The notes beneath the pieces were generated by a model, which searched no databases, was not told where the DNA came from, and saw nothing but the letters and a program-made list of their open reading frames with translations. DNA of 64,000 bases, from the NCBI RefSeq assembly GCF_036321535.1, contig NC_087436.1, positions 86,554,001 to 86,618,000 on the forward strand. Reading direction: 5' to 3'. Position numbers and translations under genes: made by a program. Origin of the DNA: Camelus dromedarius (Eukaryota). Below, one piece after another: positions 26,238-39,383 of this stretch. Numbering within the stretch: position 1 is the stretch's first letter; the number at the start of each line of letters is the position of its first letter.

Positions 26238-26442
26238 TTTTTTAAAACAAATGTTATTTTCTATACTGCAACTTTTTAAAAATTTATTTTTATTTATTTT
26301 ATTTATTTATTTTTAAAAATTTTGTTGTGAGGGGAGGTAATTAGATTTATTTATTTATTTTTAAATGTCAGTACTGGGGATTGAACCCAGGACCTCGTGC
26401 ATGCTAGGCATGCACTCTACCACGGAGCCATACCCTCCCCCT
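26238..26442 (-). mobile_element. tRNA-Ala-derived SINE (vic-1-like, long tail) inserted in a MIR
   Basis: Minus-strand head GGGGAGGGTATGGCTCCGTGGTAGAG...GGTTCAATCCCCAG and a (TAAA)n tail. 14-bp TSD CAGC(A/G)TAGTATCTT at 26224-26237 and 26443-26456. Confidence 0.88.
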
Positions 26443-27453
26443 CAGCGTAGTATCTTGCACTTAGTGAATTGCTCATTAAATAGTAATAATTATTGTGTTT
26501 TGTTTTATATTGTATTCTAAAAAGAAGGGGAGAGAAGGAATTTCTGGGATTCAGGTAGAGAGTAGACTAGATGACCTCTAAATTTGAGGTTTGCAGTTTT
26601 TATGACAGTCTTTTTTATTCCTATTCTCTTCACCCCTGCCCTTCCATGTCTGTCTTTCTAGAAAAACTTCTCCCCCTGTTCCAGGGAGCCACACTCCTTG
26701 ACATGGTGGATCGACAATACACTTCTAATAGTGGCAGTAGGTTCTGTCCCAATTAACCGGGGGCATTTTATTCCTCATCACTAATATGTGACTTGGAATG
26801 TGTGGACTTAAATTCCACCATTATTTTCCAGTGACTCTCAGTTGCTTCTTGTGTTTGATGCATTTGTCACAGGGACATAAAAGACTTCAGCAACAGCAGA
26901 ATGGAAACTCTCCAAGAATTTTCTTTAATAGCCTCGTGTCTTAGTATGTGGCAACAGCATACGCATGACGATGAGGTCTAAATATGTCATCGCTATCTGT
27001 TGAGATGATTTGCATAACTTGCTTATGACTGCTTCTGTCTGTCTGTCACATGGCCTTTTTTGAACAGTATGCTGCGTGTCTAGGCTCCTGCCTGCTCACA
27101 TTAATAGGTGAATCACCTGGTGTTTTCAAACTCCTCGTTAAGTATCATCATTATGCTTGTATTATGTCTTCTACGGCACACACACAAAATCAGCTCTTCT
27201 CTCTGTAGTCTTTTTTTTTGCCCCTTGAGGCTCTAGCAAATTTGGTTTAACAGTCCTCTCTGAAAACATCTGTGTTGTAACTTAGCAATGAATTAAAAGA
27301 AAATTACCACACTTTTATACTAGGGCAGATCTGCTGTCCCGATGTATCTAGCTGTCTAAGTGGCTGCAACTCAACACATTGTCCCCAAACTGTGTAGAGA
27401 GGCGTTGGAAGAGGTCATTGGAAATGGGTACCTAGTTCCTGGGAGAATACCCC

Positions 27454-27903
27454 TCTATTAGTTTCCTATTGCTGCAGTAACACATTACCATAAACTTGGG
27501 AGCTTCAAATAATACACATTTATTCCCTCACAGTTCTGGAGGCCAGAAGTTTGACATCAAGGTGTTGGCAGAGCCTTGCTTCCTCCAGAGGCTCCAGGAA
27601 AGAATCCTTGCCTCTTCCAGCTGGTGGTGCCTCCAGGTATCCCAGGCTTGTGGCTACATCACTCCAATCTCCATCTCTGTCTTCACATCACCTTCTCCTC
27701 TGTGCCTGTGTCTTCTCTTCTTCTCTCTTATAAAGACACTTGTCATTGGGTTTGGGTAAATCAGATAATCCAGGATGATCTCATCTCAAGATCTCTGACT
27801 TAATTACATCTTCAAAGACCCTTTTTCTAACATGGCCACATTCACAGGTTCTGGGGGTTAGGATGTGGGAATATCTTTTGGGGGCATCATTCTACCCACT
27901 ACA
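27454..27903 (-). mobile_element. MaLR solo LTR (MLT1A-D type)
   Basis: tattagtttcctattgctgcagtaaca...cacagttctggaggccagaag...cccactaca. Near 5-bp TSD ACCCC/GCCCC. Confidence 0.88.
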
Positions 27904-28119
27904 GCCCCCCAGGTGACATTCCTACACATAGGCCCCTCCCATTACTTCTGGAGTAATTTCTTTTTCACTTGGAGGCTGAAATATTGGGCAAAATATAGGC
28001 AAGGAGAGTTAGACTTGGTAGCCTTCACCACTACCATTATTTATTCCTCTGTTCAAAGCACAATAGTTAAGTGTTTTATGTTCTAAAGACCTACTGAATT
28101 TTATTAGTCAATCGTGTGA

Positions 28120-28635
28120 TTTATCTACAAAAAGCAAATCAGTAAAGGTCATTGTAGGTTGCTTTAAGAGACAAGTAGTATCCTGATTAAGGAAGTGATT
28201 ATTCCACTGAACCTTGAGCGCAGACCTCATTTGGGTAAGTTATCACTTCCAAGTGCCATGTTTTCAATGGGACCTTAACAAACTAGAGAGCATCCTAGGT
28301 GGACCCTTCAGTACCACGTGGACTACCCAAGAAGACAACTGGAAGAACCAGAGGCAGAAAGACAAGAGAGAAACCATAGTGCTATCTTTACTTTGGTGGG
28401 GGCGTCCTGTTTTGAGGGAATAAATGTGATCTATTTTCCACTGCAAGACAGAACAATGCCCTAAGTTCATACTAACAAGAGGGAGGCATTCAGCTGTTGG
28501 CAAACTCATGAGCTCCCATCATTGGAGGTGTTTCAAACAGAAGTTGGTAGGTCAGCCCTCCAGGATGTTGTAAAGAGGATCCCTGCACTTGGTGAGAATC
28601 TAAGATCCTTACCCAACTCAAAATCCTGTGGCTTC
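28120..28635 (+). mobile_element. L3/CR1 LINE remnant
   Basis: ggaccttaacaaactagagagcatcc and gagctcccatcattggaggtgtttcaaacagaag...ccttacccaactc CR1 motifs. Confidence 0.65.
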
Positions 28636-29972
28636 TCAATAATTTTAAAACCTCAAATACAAGTCATCGTGTGGGAACACCAGATACCAGGGGGTGTAGT
28701 CCTCTTCCTTGATTGAGGAATTTGCTCTTCCTCTCACCTAGATTTCTTCCCACTTGTCCAAGTCCCATTTCATGATTCACCCTGAGGACCATCTATTCCT
28801 TAAACTTGACCTGGGCCACACTACACTGCTCCCTCGCTCCTTTCTCTCCATGCTTGTCCCTAGCTGCTATTTTGTAAGACCATGACCATTGTATATTCTC
28901 TTGCAGTGTTTTATCTTTTGTTCTGTATATAAGCTCCATTTTCCTAATTAGACTTACACTCATTGAAGATGAAATTGAACTGCCTATGGGGATTCCCACA
29001 GAAATGAAGACGAATGTCACGCATGTAATAGGTGATACATGGACGCCTGTAGAACTGAAGCAGTAGAAAAATTTTGAGAATTCAAATATCTTCCTCCACC
29101 TTGCCCTTCCCTCCGTAAATCTTGGATGTCTGTTAAAAAACGTGTTTCTTGAGTATATTTTTCAGCCTTGGGTGACAGAAGGCCAGTCTGTCTTCACCCT
29201 GCTTCTTCTTGGACGCCAGGCCTGCCCAGGGCCCTGTGACAACTGGTTGCAAGGGCCAAGGGCCCTTGGTCAGTGCAAAATACTCTGCCTTCATTTTTGT
29301 TGTTGGCAGGGGATCAGCTCCATTTCACCATGTTGGGAGACCAGGAAATGGAAGGACGTCTTCTGTGGGCCAGAGTTCTCACAAAGCAATCTGAGTTTGA
29401 AAGGTGTGCAGTGGTGACACCCCAGGGGAAAGGCAGTAAAAGCTCCTCTCTAACAGGCTTGTGAAAGCCCATCCCTGACTTCTAAAGCTTGTATCTAATT
29501 GGCTAGCTCCTGGGACTCCTTTCACCTAACGCTTCCCTTGTTTTTCCCACTTTCTGAGCATCTATGTTCTCAGTTACTGACTCCAGATGTATTACACAGT
29601 CTCCTTCTAGTTCAATTCTTTAATTTCCCGGCCATATTTCAACCTCTTCATAGGCCATTTATATATTTTTTCTCTGTCTTTTCTAGTGTTGGCAACACTG
29701 TGCAGGCTAGTGTCATTCACAGACTGTATTAATGAATTGCTTACTCCCTCTGGGAGACCACTGATTGAGATATTAAGTAGGAGCAGAGCTAACCCTGCCC
29801 TTGGCAGCAGCCCATAAGCACATGCCCTTCCTCTGGTCCCTCTCCCTTTCCTCTGCAACGTATGTGGCTCCCCTGCCTCCCCAGCCTCCATTTCCAATCC
29901 AGGCTCTTGGTCCAAAGACAGTTTTTAATCTGATGCGTGACTCTTATTCAGGTCTCTAAAGCACCTAATTTT

Positions 29973-30557
29973 TTTTAATTTGCATTCTTTTTACTCAAGT
30001 ATAGTCAGTTTACAATGTTGTGTAAATTTCTGGTGTACAGCATAACGTTTCAGTCATATATATATATTTATATATATTCAGTCATATATATATATAGTAT
30101 ATTCGTTTTCATATTCTTTTTCACTATAGACTGCTACAAGATATTCAATATAGTTCCCTGTGCTATACAGAAGAAACTTGTTGTTTATCTATTTTATATA
30201 TAGTAGTTAGTATTTGCAAATCTCAAACTCCCAGTTTATCCCTTCTCACCCCTATTCCCCCTGGTTACCATAAGTTTGTTCTCTATGTCTGTGAGTCTGT
30301 TTCTGTTTTGTAAATAATTTCATTTGTGTCTTTTTTTTTTTTTTAGAATCCACATACAAGTGATATCATATGGTATTTGTCTTTCTCTTTCTGGCTTACT
30401 TCACTTAGAATGACAATCTCCAGGTCCATCCATATTGCTGCAAATGGCATTATTTTATTCTTTTTTATGGCTGAGTAGTATTCCATCGTATATGTATACC
30501 ACATCTTTTTTATCCTTTCATCTGTCAATGGACATTTAGGTTGTTTCCATGTCTTGG
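29973..30557 (-). mobile_element. Young L1 3' end with ORF2 C-terminus
   Basis: ORF 30343-30528 (IKKMWYTYTMEYYSAIKKNKIMPFAAIWMDLE). TSD TAAAGCACCTAATTTT at 29957-29972 and 30558-30573. Confidence 0.93.
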
Positions 30558-31795
30558 TAAAGCACCTAATTTTTCCCCATTACATATGTGTCTATAAGCT
30601 AAGGAACAGACCACAGAGCATTGGTCCATCTTCTTGTATACCTTAGTTGACAATTGATATTTATAAAAGAATTGATGGCACTTTAATACCTCCAAGTCTC
30701 ACACGGTTTATCTATAATTTAAAATGTAATTGTAAATTCACTTTGTGTAATAGAAGATAGAGTTTACCCTAACTTTGGCATTTATTTTCCCCCCAATAAT
30801 CTAATTTAGGAGTTGAAGCTAGAGCCAGGGCAATGGTGAGACAAACATGCCTGCCAGATAGTCATTTTAGAGAGATGAGGCCACTGGTGTGAAGAATGAA
30901 TCAGCACTGGTCCATCCTAGTCCTCCATGGGTGTATCTCTGGCCTTCATGGTTCAGGATGACATGCCTGACTGTGAATGTGACCTTGGCACTGAGGTGTG
31001 GCCTCAATGACCTGTTTGAAAGCAACTCGGCAAGCCATTCTGCACTGCGTAGCTTCATCCAAATTTTAATGCATCATCAACAACAAAAAACTCTTAAGTT
31101 CAGTTTCTTGAAGGTAAAAGACTAAGGGATTCTTGGTCTGTATGTGTGTGAGACACATGATAAAACATTAAGATTGGTTGAAGGGATTAAAGATTTTGAA
31201 CAACATTAAATAAGTCAGCAAAAATTACAAAGCAAACCGACTGCAACAGTGCAGAGCCTCACACTGCTTGTACAGCTGCAGTCCGCACAGGTCCCTGCTG
31301 GAGAGAATGCTTATGTCACTTGACTGGGCTCTCCTATCTACTCACGAAGAGAAGCTCTGTCAGGATCCAAATGTTTCGTGATCATTTTGGGGACTTGGCT
31401 TCAGGTTACACTTTTCCCCTCTCCTTTGAAAGTTCTTCCTCTTGCCTCATGAACCCTTCAGCAGACTGCTCATCTGGCTCCTCTATCAAGTACAACCATC
31501 AGCTAGAGCAACAGTTAATTTCCACCTTGGTTAAAATTTAGTGGCACACCTGTGACAAGGTTGTAATTCTCCACTTTTGCCTCTGCACCTGGCTGGAAAC
31601 CAGGGCAGGTGGAAGGAAAAGATGGAGACCCACAGAGGTGGTTTAATGCAGAGCTGGATCCTAATCACAGCCTTGACACCCCATTCTCTTTACCTGAGTC
31701 TCTAAAATTAACAGTGGCAGGGCCTTGAGTAGGTGAGGCAAGTAAGGTGCTTACCTTTGGGTACAAATTTTAAGGGGCACCAAAAGCATTTTGTA

Positions 31796-32671
31796 AAGAT
31801 TTACCACGTGATCCAGCAATCCCACTCCTGGGCATATATATATCCAAAGGAAACTCTAATTTGAAAAGAGACATGAACCCCAATGTTCATAGCAGCACTA
31901 TGTATAATAGCCAAGACATGGAAACAACCTAAATGTCCGTTGACAGATGACTGGATAAAGGAGTTGTGGTATATTTATACAATGGAATACTACTCAGCCA
32001 TAAAAAGGAAGAAATTAATGCCATTTGCAGCGATATGGATGGACCTGGAGATTGTCATTCTAAGTAAGCCAGAAAAAGAAGGAAAAATACCATATGATAT
32101 CACTTATATGTGGAATCTAAAATATGATACAAATGAACTTTTTAAAATATATCCTGGTATATAGGTTCTTTATTTTTCATTTTTTTGTATATATATTTTT
32201 ATGGAAGTATAGTCAGTTTACAATGTTGTGTCAATTTCTGATGTACAGCACAATGCTTCAGTCATACATGAACATACATAGATTCATTTTCATATTCTTT
32301 TTCACCATAAATTATTACAAGATATCAAATATAGTTCCCTGCACTATACAGCATGAACTTATTGTTTATCTACAAATGAACTTATTTATGAAACAGAAAG
32401 AAACTCACAGACATAGAAAACAAATTTATGGTTACTAGGGGGAAAAGCAAAAAGAGAGGGATAAATTGAGTGTTTAGGATTGAAAGATACAAACTACAAT
32501 GTACAGAATAAATAAACAACAAAGACCTACTATATAGCACAGTTAACTATATTGGGCTTGTAGTAACCTGTAATGAAAAGGAATATGAAAAAGAATACAT
32601 ATAACTGAATCACTATGCTGTACACTAGAAACTATAGTCAAGTAAATTGACTATACTTGAATTAAAAAAAA
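31796..32671 (+). mobile_element. L1 3' end with ORF2 C-terminus
   Basis: MFIAALCIIAKTWKQPKCPLTDDWIKELWYIYTMEYYSAIK, followed by 3' UTR and an A tail. Confidence 0.92.
32141..32370 (-). mobile_element. Antisense L1 3' end nested in L1
   Basis: 13-bp TSD TACAAATGAACTT at 32128-32140 and 32371-32383. Confidence 0.88.
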
Positions 32672-34761
32672 CCCCAAAAACTTAGTAGTCACGATAAGTA
32701 ATATTTTAAAATAGTATTTTAAAAAACCAAAATTAATGCAAAAAATCCATGATAAAAGATCAAAAATTTTAAATTATTCAAGATGATTAGTCAAACCTGG
32801 CAATTTCCTCAGTTGAAAATCAGACAAGCAAAGAGGTAGATTTGGAAAACAGTACTGATGGCCTTGTTTCCTTTAAAGCCAGGAAAGTAAAACTATGGAG
32901 GAAAAAATTCTGGTTTTAGTATAAGTAAAATATTTAAATTCAAAATAATACTGTATGTATGTATTGAACACATAGTTTTCATGTTTCTCACTTTTTTTTC
33001 CCAACTACCTTAATGATCTAGGAAAAACAATTTAACCACTAAAAAATACACAAAACGTGTATATTAGGACTCAGGTTTCCTTTTGCCCTAGGCTGCAATG
33101 TGGGTCACATGGCACTGGTGGGATAAGTGTATCTGTTACTTAGGACTGTCTTCAGTGGATTTTTAGGACCATGTTTGTCACAGGAGAAGTAGAAATTTTC
33201 CATAAGCAATGCTTTCTGGCAGATAAGGGGAGAACCCTAATGGTCCAAGGTGACTGACTGGTAAAGCCTCTGAGGACACTTTCCTTGTCGAGCACTTGTG
33301 TATCTTTTTTTTTTTTAACTGTGGGAGGGAAGGGGAAAGGAGCATCTGGAGCTGTAGGACTTCCAGTTTATCCCTTTGCTTGCCCCCCCATCAGCTGCCC
33401 TAGGCCTGTCAGTGTTTTAATTTTTTCATTTATTAGTGAATGTCGGTGAAGGCTCATTGATGTTTATGCTCTGGATGAGAAAAATTCTCTTTGATTTACC
33501 ATTTGTTGAAATGGTTTCCATTTCTCTTGTGTTATTTATGTCAGGACATTTTAGAACAAGAGTTGTCAACATAAAGGAATGCTTACAAACAAATGGCGGA
33601 GCCCCAAATTCCCCAAATACCATTCGTTCTTTGAATCAGATTATATGCTGAGAATTCCAATACTGGAACCGCTTAGCCATTGAGGCCTTCATTCTGTTTG
33701 TATAAATCTACCTAATGCCTCTAAATATCTTTGCATTTTCTAAACTGTGTTCCTAGCATTTGATTTTGCTTTTAAAAGCATCCACCTTTCTATTAGTCTT
33801 GATTCTTTTCCCCGTCTATGGCCAAGAATTGCTGATAGCTTCCTCTAGGCCTCAGGGCAGCGTTCCCTGCTCAGCTCTGGCAGGACTGCAGTACCAGCCC
33901 GGGTGTGCACTGCTGCCCGGGGAGCAGATGCAGTCTTTGGCTCTGGGAGTGGTTAGTTACTCCCACTTCACTTTGTCCTGGAGACCTGGGGTTCATGCTA
34001 TCCATAGATTGCAGGAAGGACGCTGATAAATTGGGGAGCTTGCAGAAGAGTGCAGTCGGGCTCTTGGAGTCTGCAAACCTGAAGGAAGGTCGGATACACT
34101 TCAGGCTGCTGTACCTAGGGGGCACTTGGAGTCTGCCCTCAAATAATTGAAGGATTTAAGGAATTAGACATATTCTAAATGGGACCCATGGAGGTAGTGG
34201 GTGAGGTCTAGGGGGGTGAATTTTGGGTCAATACATGGACTTTCCCTCACTAGTAGGTTAGAGCTATTCAAAGGCAGAATGATCTATTTTATAAGGAAAT
34301 AAAGTCCTGTTTCATTTAAGGACCATTTCTCAAGGCTCCCTTTCAACCTAAAGAGCCTATGGCTATCATGTTTCATGTTTGTCAAGGTTAAAGTACCAAT
34401 GCAGGACACATTGCCATTTGACTACAAGGACAGATTCTTTTGAATATCATGAGGTCCCATTACTATTGTTGGAAAGCTGTGACTCATGCACCTATTCAAG
34501 GGATGCTCTGGAGTCAAGTCCCTTCAGTAGGAGGAAAATGTGAAATTGTCTGCGCAGCATGCCAGGTGACATGTTTATCCATCACTTTTCCAGTGCTGTA
34601 TATGGTTTATTCTGACTACATCAGATAACCACTTTTTGTAAAGCCAGTGTGCATTTAAAGGAAAATTAGTGGGACAATGGCCACCAGAGACCCCATTGTT
34701 CTTGTAGATTATCTCATGCAAAATTTTTCTGCTTCCAAACAGGCTGTATCCCAAAGGCTGT

Positions 34762-35505
34762 TCTTTTTGTGTGTGATTTTTTTCCACCCAATTTTATTGA
34801 GATGTAATCAACATACAGCACTGTATAAGTTTGAAGTGTACAGCATAATGATTTGATGTACATACATCATGAAATGATTACCACAATTCATTCAGTGAAC
34901 ATTCATCATCTCATAAAGCCACAAAATAGAAGAAAAACGTATTCTTCCCTTGTGATGAGAACTCTTAGGATTTACTCTCTTAATTTTCACATGTAACACA
35001 CAGCAGTGTTGATTATATTAATCATGCTGTACGTTCCTTCCCTATTACATACGTGTGTTACAACCAGACGTTTCTATCTTTTCACCTCTTTCATCCAGTT
35101 CCCCTCCCCCCCCTCTGGTAACTACATTTCTGATCTATTTTTCTATGAGTTTGCTTATTTATTGAAGTATAATTGACCTACAACAAACACTGTGTTAGCT
35201 CCTGGTGCACTACATAGTGATTTGATATTTCTGTGCATTACAAAATGATCACCACGATAAGTCTAGTTACAAAATGTCACCCTATGAAGCCATTACATCA
35301 TTACTGACTATATATCCCACACTGTCCATTTCATCCCCTGAAGTCATTTTGTTTTCTTAAAATCTATTGTGTCTGAGATAAGAATTGCTAGTCCATCTTT
35401 CTTTGTCCATCCCCTTACTTTCAGCCTGCATGCGTCTCTAGCTCTGAAGTGGGTCTCTCTGAGTCATTCATTTTGGAGCTGGAAGTTTGTACCTCTTAAT
35501 CTCCC
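34762..35505 (-). mobile_element. L1 3' UTR fragment
   Basis: L1MA-like 3' end (acatacagcactgtataagtttgaagtgtacagcataatgatttga). TSD TCCCAAAGGCTGT at 34749-34761 and 35506-35518. Confidence 0.85.
35349..35461 (-). mobile_element. L1 ORF2 endonuclease micro-fragment
   Basis: The minus strand translates RETHFRARDACRLKVRGWTKKDGLAILISDTIDFKKTK. Flanked by AGTCATT at 35342-35348 and 35462-35468. Confidence 0.8.
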
Positions 35506-36729
35506 TCCCAAAGGCTGTGCTTAAGGCTTTTAAGTCTTCAGTCTACCGGATTTTTCCAGTGCAGGAGTCAGTGTACATACGCCCTCTGAAGACCCTCTCG
35601 GTTGCAGACACTGCTGACTCACTTTTGCTCTGAAATGCACCTTTGTTATCAGGAAAGTGTAGAATTTGCAAGTTAGGGAGAAGAACTTCTGTAGCGATTT
35701 CCAGCAAGATAAACGAATGGGAAAGGAAGTGGGGATTGAGGGAGATTTTTACTTTTCGTGGTACTTTCCAGCACGACATTGGTGGACGACACTTCTCTCT
35801 GAAAGTCACCTCAGGCCTCTATTCCACCCCAAATCAGAGAGGAAGGAGGAAGGTTGGTTCCTGAGCCATAACAGGGCCTACCAAGGAGGTGTAAGGTCTC
35901 CGCCCCCACCACCCTACACACACCCGAGGAGAGAACCCACTTCCTGCTCTTTCTTACTCCAAACTGCAAAGAAGCCCCACTGCGGCTCCCTCCTCCTCTC
36001 AGCCAGGGCCAGCGTCCCCACACACTGAGCACCGAGGATGCACTCAAAGCTGACAGGCCCTCGCGCTCACTTTTAGGGGAGAAAATTGTTTACTTTTGAA
36101 GCCTTAATGATTTTTGATAATTTCTTCTCAGTCCCTCAGCAAGATAAATACATGTCTAAAAACATGATCCATCGTACATGCTAATAAGATGTAAACTGGA
36201 ACTAAGAAACATCAGGTAAATGATATTAATCATATTTTTTAAAGTCTACCTAGTTTTTTTCTTTGGAGCCCCAAATTGCTTTTTCAGCCAACTCTCTCAT
36301 CTGTGTCTATTCATATAGGCTTTATTTAGTCTAAAGCAAAGTTGGAAAATATATACAGTGATGTTTACATTAATATTATGTGAAGAATCTGGTTTACTCA
36401 CATGAGTAAGTGCCCGAGAATTCAAATTGCTCTCAGAGAAAAAAAGGAAGAAAAGAAAAATGAATTGGTGTTGGAGCTAAAACCAGCCATTTTTGCTTGT
36501 CCCTGTCCACTCACCCTTCCTCAGGCATCTTACACTCAGTAAAGTCAGAGCCCTTTCATTCAGAGACCTTGGGAAAGGGGGGTCCCCCTTGCAAGGAGGC
36601 CGAAAGAGATTTTTAACCTTCTAATTTCCTGGGGCTCCTATATTTAGTTGGTCACATTTTGGGATTCTGACTGGTCACAGTCAAGAAAGATGCCAGGAGA
36701 AAAGCAGCAAAATGTGTAAGAGCAGTAAC

Positions 36730-36930
36730 TGGAGTCAGCAGTTACTCTGGGTTTTTTGTTTTTTGTTTTTTGGTGTGACTGGCAAGTTTCTTACCTGCTT
36801 CACCTGTTTCCTCATTTGTTAAATGAAAAAAAACCAAAACAAAACCCCTGGGGATTGGTAAAGATTAAATAACATAATATATCTAAGGCCCCAGCATAGT
36901 GCCTGCACATGGTAAATGCTCAAAAGTGTG
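36730..36930 (+). mobile_element. MIR SINE
   Basis: gtttcctcatttgttaaatg...aagattaaataacataat...cagcatagtgcctgcacatggtaaatgctcaa. Confidence 0.75.
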
Positions 36931-38506
36931 TCAGAAAGAAAAAAAAAGAGATTTTCCCAAAAGCCAACCACCCCAAAATAAAACACCTCTACTTTATTAG
37001 CACAGAACCATAGGACTCCGTTTCTGAAAGGGATTTCATAGTATCTAGTCTGGTTGTTTGCTTTTATTTTCGTTAAGCCAGGGTTCTTTGAAGAAAATAT
37101 TATGAGGAAGCTGATGTGTGAGATAAAAGTGGAGCTGGGACTGGGCGGGATGGAGAAGTGGAGACAGCCCACCATCCCTCCTTTCCTTTTCTGGAAGACC
37201 CTGAGGCCTCTGACACACCTTCCAGAGCACAGTGTACAAACCAAAAATCTGGCCATTTCACCGATAAAGGAATGGCCTAGAATTGTGACGTTTTTTCAGT
37301 AGTTCGACCAGAGCACTCCTGTCACTCTCGGGCCCAGCACAGCGAGAAAGAACAGACAGAACCCAAACCCATGGAAGTATTCGACAAAACTCTTACAATT
37401 TAAAAGATCTAGTGTTTTAGTTCAAAATACGTGAACTTCCTTTCCTAGAGTAGATGATAATCTTTTGGGTGGCCCATTTCCATTCTCGTGTTTATTTTTC
37501 CACTGTTTTTCATGCCCCTTAAAGCACTTCCTGTGAGGTTCCAGTACCTTCTATCAGCCTGAAGGACACACAGCAGCTGTGTAGGTTTCCATGAAACTGA
37601 GCTAGAAACAACTTCACCCTCACCTGCACCCTCTGCCTTAGCCTTCCATGGGCTCTTTGGATGCTAAATAAAATGCTGTGATTCCTACATGCTTTCACAT
37701 TCAGGGCCTTTTACTTCCACCTCTTGACCAGACTGTGCTTCCAGGCGTATTAGTGCAGCCCAGAAATGTAAACATGAAGCTGACTCAGTGAAAGTTTGAA
37801 GTCGATGGATTTTCTTTTTCAGATAAGTCTCTGTTTGTACAAACAACCTCGGACTTTATTTGGAAAAGAAAAAACTAACACAGTTTATGACTGCTGTGCT
37901 ATTTCCAAACGTGGCTAGTTTCCTGTTAGGTTATTCATGTGTCTTTATATCCCCGTGGAAAGCTGAAAGTCGTTTTATTTACTTTCAGAAAATTAGAAAG
38001 TTGAGTTGGGGGATAGGGATAGGGGTAGCTGCGGGATTCTTAATTGTCCTGAGAGTCGACCCAGAGTCTCCTAGCACTTACCTGCCTTTGCACTGCTTAT
38101 CTGGACTTCTGATTATAGTGTTCACGTCCACCTTCCCTGGACTGGGGACTCCATGAGGGCAGGCATGTCCTTTAAATCTCTCTTGAAGGTCTCTTCCACA
38201 GCCAACTCACTACCTAGCTCAAGTTGGTGCTCAAAAAATGTTTACTGAAAACAGAGATGTTTATGATTCTCATTGTTACAAATCTCATTCTACTGCAGCT
38301 CATTAATAAAGATGATTGAAGGCCCCAAAAAAAATCTTTATTGACTGATTATCCAGGAAGTCATGTTAATCAGGCATGTTAAACACTCTATCTTAAACTT
38401 ATATACCAAAGGGAGTTACATGCTGGGATAGTACACTCCTAGTTTGAAATATATATATATTTTTTTTTTTTTGAATAAAAGAGATGATTAGAACAAAGGC
38501 AGTCAG

Positions 38507-38550
38507 GCGCACGCACACTCGCGTGCGCGCGCACACACACACACACACAC
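38507..38550. repeat. (CG)n/(CA)n alternating purine-pyrimidine tract
   Basis: gcgcacgcacactcgcgtgcgcgcgcacacacacacacacacac. Confidence 0.9.
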
Positions 38551-38644
38551 CCCTTTATAGAAACTTCAGCTTTTAGTTTCCAAGCCAACAGAGCTAGACT
38601 GGAGACAGAATGAATTCAGTAACAAATATACATTATGTAAGGAT

Positions 38645-38830
38645 AGTTAATATTCAATGTGCACTTACTATATTCCAGGGACAATTCTAAGAGCTTTATG
38701 TCTCATATCTCTTAATCCTCACAATAATCCTATGAAGTAGGCTATTTTTATCCCCATTGTACAGATGTGGGAACAGAGGCTTAAATCATTGGCCCGCAGT
38801 AGTGGCGGGACTGGCCCAGGTGGTGTGGCT
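38645..38830 (-). mobile_element. MIR SINE
   Basis: ttaatcctcacaataatcctatgaagtagg...tatccccattgtacagatgtgggaacagaggc. Confidence 0.8.
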
Positions 38831-39383
38831 CCAGAACCCACTTTACCACTAAGTGACTGAGTAAATGAAATGCATGTAGAAGAAAACACTGCCTTTATCA
38901 TCAGAAACATACAGCAGCCTCAACTTCTCAGATGATTTAGTTGAAGACTCCGAGGTCCTATATATTCTGAGTTTTGGAGAAGGGTGGGGAAGCTAAGAGA
39001 CAGCCATCAGACTGTTAACTGCTTTTCTTCTTGTCCTTCTCTGACAGAGAACTTTATAAATCACTGGTCTTTTTAGTTAACAAATTACATTTCTTAGAGT
39101 GTATTTCTGGGCATTTCCCAGATGTTACCCAAAGGATTTTCACCACATCAACATGAGGTTGTTAAAGGTAAACGTGGTTGCTGCTGGGATAGGTGGTTAA
39201 ACTGAGGCAGAAGGAGGCAAAGACGCTGGCCCCGGGCCATGTCAGTCACCCGAGTGGGCACTCAGCCCTGGCTTCTGAGTCACCACTCACTTCTGGCCAC
39301 CGGCAGCCCTGCCTCACGTTCATAACAAGCCGCGTATTCAGCGTGCTGTGCAATCCAAGATGAGCTGTCTTATTCTCTTTCAG

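Larger units (their letters stand above)
31712..33117 (+). mobile_element. hAT-like DNA transposon (MER96B-like) split by L1
   Basis: CAGTG...CACTG ends. The sequence gtgaggcaagtaaggtgc...aaattttaaggggcaccaaaa resumes after the L1 as aaaacttagtagtcacgataa...aaattaatgcaaaaaatccatgat. Family name from recall. Confidence 0.6.

Noticed and set aside
26365..26442. tRNA-Ala(AGC)-like sequences here, at 13450-13529 and at 41773-41851
   Set aside because: They have A tails, TSDs and mismatched stems, so they are SINEs rather than tRNA genes.
30343..32438. ORFs with protein-like content (30343-30528, 31883-32164, 32124-32438)
   Set aside because: These are L1 ORF2 C-terminal or 3' UTR remnants, not host genes.
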